53,350 nt of DNA, taken from Chiloscyllium plagiosum. Taxonomy: Eukaryota. The position numbers and the translations under genes are program-made. This document shows positions 50,202 to 53,350 of this stretch, one piece after another. The DNA lies in assembly GCF_004010195.1 (NCBI RefSeq), contig NC_057718.1, positions 75,681,504 through 75,734,853 on the forward strand, written 5' to 3'. Position 1 is the stretch's first letter, and every line of letters begins with the position of its first letter. Under the pieces are notes generated by a model. It saw nothing but the letters and a program-made list of their open reading frames with translations. It was not told the DNA's origin and made no database searches.

Positions 50202-50544
50202 TCACCACTTGAATATGGAGATTTGAAGGGCTGTTGTGGTGCAAATGGAAGTGTCCCAACCTCTGGACCATCAAGCCTGGGTTCAGGTCCCACTTTCTCC
50301 AGGGGTATTAAATTAATAGAGGTTTGAATTCCTGATTGGCTGACCTGTACTTTCTGTTTTTTTTTCTCAGATGGTATTGATTTCAAACAAGTGTATTATA
50401 ACTTGCTGTTGTTTTCTAGTTTCTATTGACAGGTAGCACCAGAATAATCTATAATAGTTATTCCTAGTAAGATATCAGGGTCGGTGGACACTTTGGGGCT
50501 GCAATCTTTGACCTTCCAGTTAATAAGCAGGTTTTCCTTTACTG

Positions 50545-50722
50545 AAGGTGCTGGAGAAACGTACCAAGTCTGGCAGTAACATGGCGCTTCTTCTAAAGAA
50601 GAGTCGTATTGGATGTGAAATGTAAACGTTCTCTCTCCATAGATGCTGCTAGACCTGCTGAGTTCCTCCAGCATTTTCTCTTTGAAGTTCAGATTTCCAG
50701 CATCTGCAGTATTTTGTTTTTA
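50545..50722 (+). mobile_element. Decayed Penelope-type terminus
   Basis: gatgctgctagacctgctgagttcctccagca...ccagcatctgcagtattttgtttt, similar to 39225-39305 in reverse. Confidence 0.6.
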
Positions 50723-50819
50723 CTCCGAGACTAATTCTATCAGTCAATTTTGTCATACAGCAAGACTTAAAGCATCAGGGTATCTTTCTCTAACTTCTGA
50801 TTGGTATCATTTTCTTCAG

Positions 50820-50911
50820 AGATCCCTGCTGTCCCAGTGTCAAAAACCACATCAATTCCAGACATTGTGGTCTCTAATGAGATTGTGAATGAAACTAAAA
50901 TTCCTGTTAAG
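50820..50911 (+). CDS. IMPG1: IMPG1-like coding exon (putative exon 6, 92 bp)
   Basis: ttttcttcAG acceptor, AAG|GTGAGA donor, phase 1/0. Encodes (E)IPAVPVSKTTSIPDIVVSNEIVNETKIPVK, similar to IMPG1 'NEILDNTLNDTKMP'. Confidence 0.85.
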
Positions 50912-51858
50912 GTGAGATTTGCAAAATTCAATTACTTATTAATCATGGTTTAGATGTGCTATAAAATGGTTCTGAACAAGCAATAAGTACACTGAGATAT
51001 GTTAGTCAGATTTGGATGAGCCAGAATTTAAATATTTACAAAATGCAAAATGGAAATCACGACAATTTTGTAAATTTACATAGACAATATATGTTGGCAG
51101 GCCAGACAGCAGAGTTCCAATCAATGTCTGTGTTTTTTAAATTCATTCACAGGATGAGGGTATCATTGCCTAGACCAGCATTCATTGCCTAACTCTAATT
51201 TGCCAGAGGGCAGTTAAGGTCTGGATTCACGTGTCAGCCAGACTAAATGGCATTTTCCTTCCCTAAAAGACATTAGTGGACATTTGAAGAAGGGGAATAA
51301 TTTGTTTTCATTGTCAACATAAACAAATCTTCTATTCCCACAACGGCTCAGTTGAAAAGTCAAGTCATAGACTGTAAAAAACAATCAGATTAATTAGAAA
51401 ACTGGTGAAAGTAATTAGAGATTACATTTTCTCAACAGTGGATGTGCATGTATTTCAGAGAAAATTTAAATGGACTGATGTTCCTTGATACTTAGTGTTT
51501 AATATCCACCCCTCCAGAATCTTAATATAATTCAAGTTTTGAAAATGTTTAATTTTCCTCGAGGTTTGCCTTATGTAAAGGTTAATTTTCTTCAAGATTG
51601 GTGCAGCTAGTTTCTTTTCTCCCCTGGTATATCTTCTAGGTTATAAGGACATTAACATTTATAATTTGATCAAACCTATCACTGCACTTGCAGAATTGTA
51701 AGTATCACAGAACATATTCTCTGCAAAGTAGGTATGAGGTGAAGAGATTCATTACTCGGTGGTGATGTCAACACTATAGTGGTAAATGTGCATTAAGTAT
51801 TTCCTTTTTTTAATAGCACATTCTATGTGATGGATCATATCCTTTCTATCTGCTTCAG

Positions 51859-52008
51859 GATCTGCATGTAACCAACATTGTCCCAGAGCAGTCATCAGAA
51901 CAGGTTGTGGAGTTCAGCATTAAACTCAACAATCAAAGTTATAGCAGAGAGTTGAGTGAGCCGAACTCACTCGAGTATCAGGAACTTATCCGAAGGTTTG
52001 AGATTCAG
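51859..52008 (+). CDS. IMPG1: IMPG1-like coding exon (putative exon 7, 150 bp), start of SEA domain 1, GC donor
   Basis: ctttctatctgcttcAG acceptor. Encodes DLHVTNIVPEQSSEQVVEFSIKLNNQSYSRELSEPNSLEYQELIRRFEIQ (SEA motif 'EL...S..YQEL'). Ends at CAG|GCAAGT. Confidence 0.9.
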
Positions 52009-52129
52009 GCAAGTTCGTTGAATATACTGACTTTTTGCTGTAAAAAAAGCTGCTCACTTTTCCATGTAGTGAAAATTGAAAAATGTAGTTCAGCTGAATT
52101 CATTGGCTGAAACATATATTCTTCTAATT

Positions 52130-52859
52130 ACAAAGAGATCTGGGTGTTCTTGTACACCAGCCAATGAAGGTAAGCATGCAGGTAAAGCAGGTAGTGAAGA
52201 AGGCTAATAGCATGCTGGCCTTCATAATAAGAGGAATTGAGTATAGAAGCAAAGAGGTTCTTCTGCAGCTGTACAGGGCCCTGGTGAGACCACACCTGGA
52301 GTACTGTGTGCAGTTCTGGTCTCCAAATTTGAGGAAAGACGTTCTGGCTATTTAGGGAGTGCAGCGTAGGTTCACGAGGTCAATTCCTGGAACGGCGGGA
52401 CTACCTTACACTGAAAAACTGGAGGGACTGGGCTTGTATACCCTTGAGTTTAGAAGACTGAGAGGGGATCTGATTGAGACAAATAAGTTTATTAAAGGAT
52501 TGGACACTTTGGAGGCAGGAAACATGTTTCCGATAATGGGTGAGTGCCGAACCAGAGGACACAGCTTAAAAATACGGGGTAGAACGTTTAGGACAGAGAT
52601 CAGGAGAAACTTCTTCACCCAGAGAGTGGTGGCTGTGTGGAATGCTCTGCCCCAGAGGGCAGTGGAGGCCCAGTCTCTGGGTTCATTTAAGAAAGAGTTG
52701 GATAGAGCTCTCAAGGATAGTGGAATCAAGGGTTAAGGAGATAAGGCAGGAACAGGATACTGATTAAGGATGATCAGCCATGATCATATTGAATGGTGGT
52801 GCAGGCTCGAAGGGCAGAATGGCCTACTCATGCATCTTTTGTCTATTGTCTATTGTCTA
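52130..52859 (+). mobile_element. Young CR1 3' fragment
   Basis: LYRALVRPHLEYCVQFWSP, FRRLRGDLIE, RNFFTQRVV; (tctattg)n tail. Confidence 0.9.
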
Positions 52860-53029
52860 ATTAAATTTTTGGGTTTTTGTCTCCATCTGAGAGTGATTAT
52901 CTCCCACCATCATTTAAAAGTTAGTGAGGGGACTGTAGCTTCCATTTGTACATTATTGCATGGTCCTGACAGCACAGAAATGGGCTATTCAGTCTAAATG
53001 TTCTGCACAAATCGACTCAACCTTACCTC

Positions 53030-53219
53030 TGTGGATAGCTGTATGGGTACCGGCTTTACCCATGGACCAATCCCTCTTCCACAGATACACTGGCACTCTC
53101 CCCACCTTTTCCTCTGCGACATTGATGACTGTATCAGCGCTGCCTTATGCTCCCACGAGGAGCTTGAAAAATTCATTCACTACTCCATCAGCTTCTACCC
53201 TGACCTCAAATTCACCTGG
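53030..53219 (+). mobile_element. Penelope RT fragment
   Basis: PHLFLCDIDDCI...ELEKFIHYSISFYPDLKFTW (RT catalytic xIDD region). Confidence 0.7.
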
Positions 53220-53350
53220 TAAAAACAATGACTGCAGATGCTGAAAACCAGATTCTGGATCAGTGGTGCTGGAAGAGCACAGCAATTCAGGCAGCATCCG
53301 AGGACAGGCAAAATTGACGTTTCGGGCAAAAGCCCTTCATCAGGAATAAA
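53220..53350 (-). mobile_element. Penelope-derived family A element (cut by window edge)
   Basis: Same terminus as 30786. Contains an intact hammerhead core. Confidence 0.8.
53312..53347 (-). ncRNA. Minimal hammerhead ribozyme motif (intact core and stem II)
   Basis: Minus strand reads uuc-CUGAUGA-A-GGGC-UUUU-GCCC-GAAA-C-GUC-aauu, with self-complementary ACGU as stem III. Stem I is weak. Confidence 0.65.

Noticed and set aside
50345..50470. Strong polypyrimidine/CAG acceptor at 50370
   Set aside because: Phase 2 hits an immediate stop and phase 1 stops before a good donor. The exon chain is already complete without it.
52009..52110. ORF extension ASSLNILTFCCKK... after the SEA exon
   Set aside because: Intron read-through past the GC donor.
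1..53350. CRISPR arrays, rRNA or prokaryotic systems
   Set aside because: No repeat-spacer arrays, operons or rRNA. The sequence is spliceosomal, retroelement-rich vertebrate DNA.

Overview
Eukaryotic, repeat-rich vertebrate DNA, almost certainly a shark (HE1/V-SINE, CR1/HER1-type LINE and Penelope families typical of elasmobranchs; species not determinable by eye). The only host gene I can support is a + strand interphotoreceptor matrix proteoglycan, best matching IMPG1 (SPACR). Six coding exons (12703-12930, 48413-48579, 48835-48869, 49589-49635, 50820-50911, 51859-52008) splice in frame into 240 codons (counting one base from the upstream exon) and run into the first SEA domain. The last of these ends at a non-canonical GC donor. 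The signal-peptide exon was not found and is probably upstream. The rest is intronic and consists of decayed or nested mobile elements: CR1 LINEs (one near-full-length copy nested in a sister copy), an L2/CR1-like LINE with a Tigger-like MITE inside it, a Rex1/Babar fragment, Penelope-like elements, Harbinger remnants and tRNA-derived SINEs. The most striking non-coding signal is a set of short Penelope-derived elements, many of them fold-back palindromes with 10-17 bp target-site duplications, that carry minimal hammerhead-ribozyme motifs (CUGAUGA-A-stemII-GAAA-palindrome-UH). There is a 503-N assembly gap at 10349-10851. All homology calls are from recalled motifs, not database searches.
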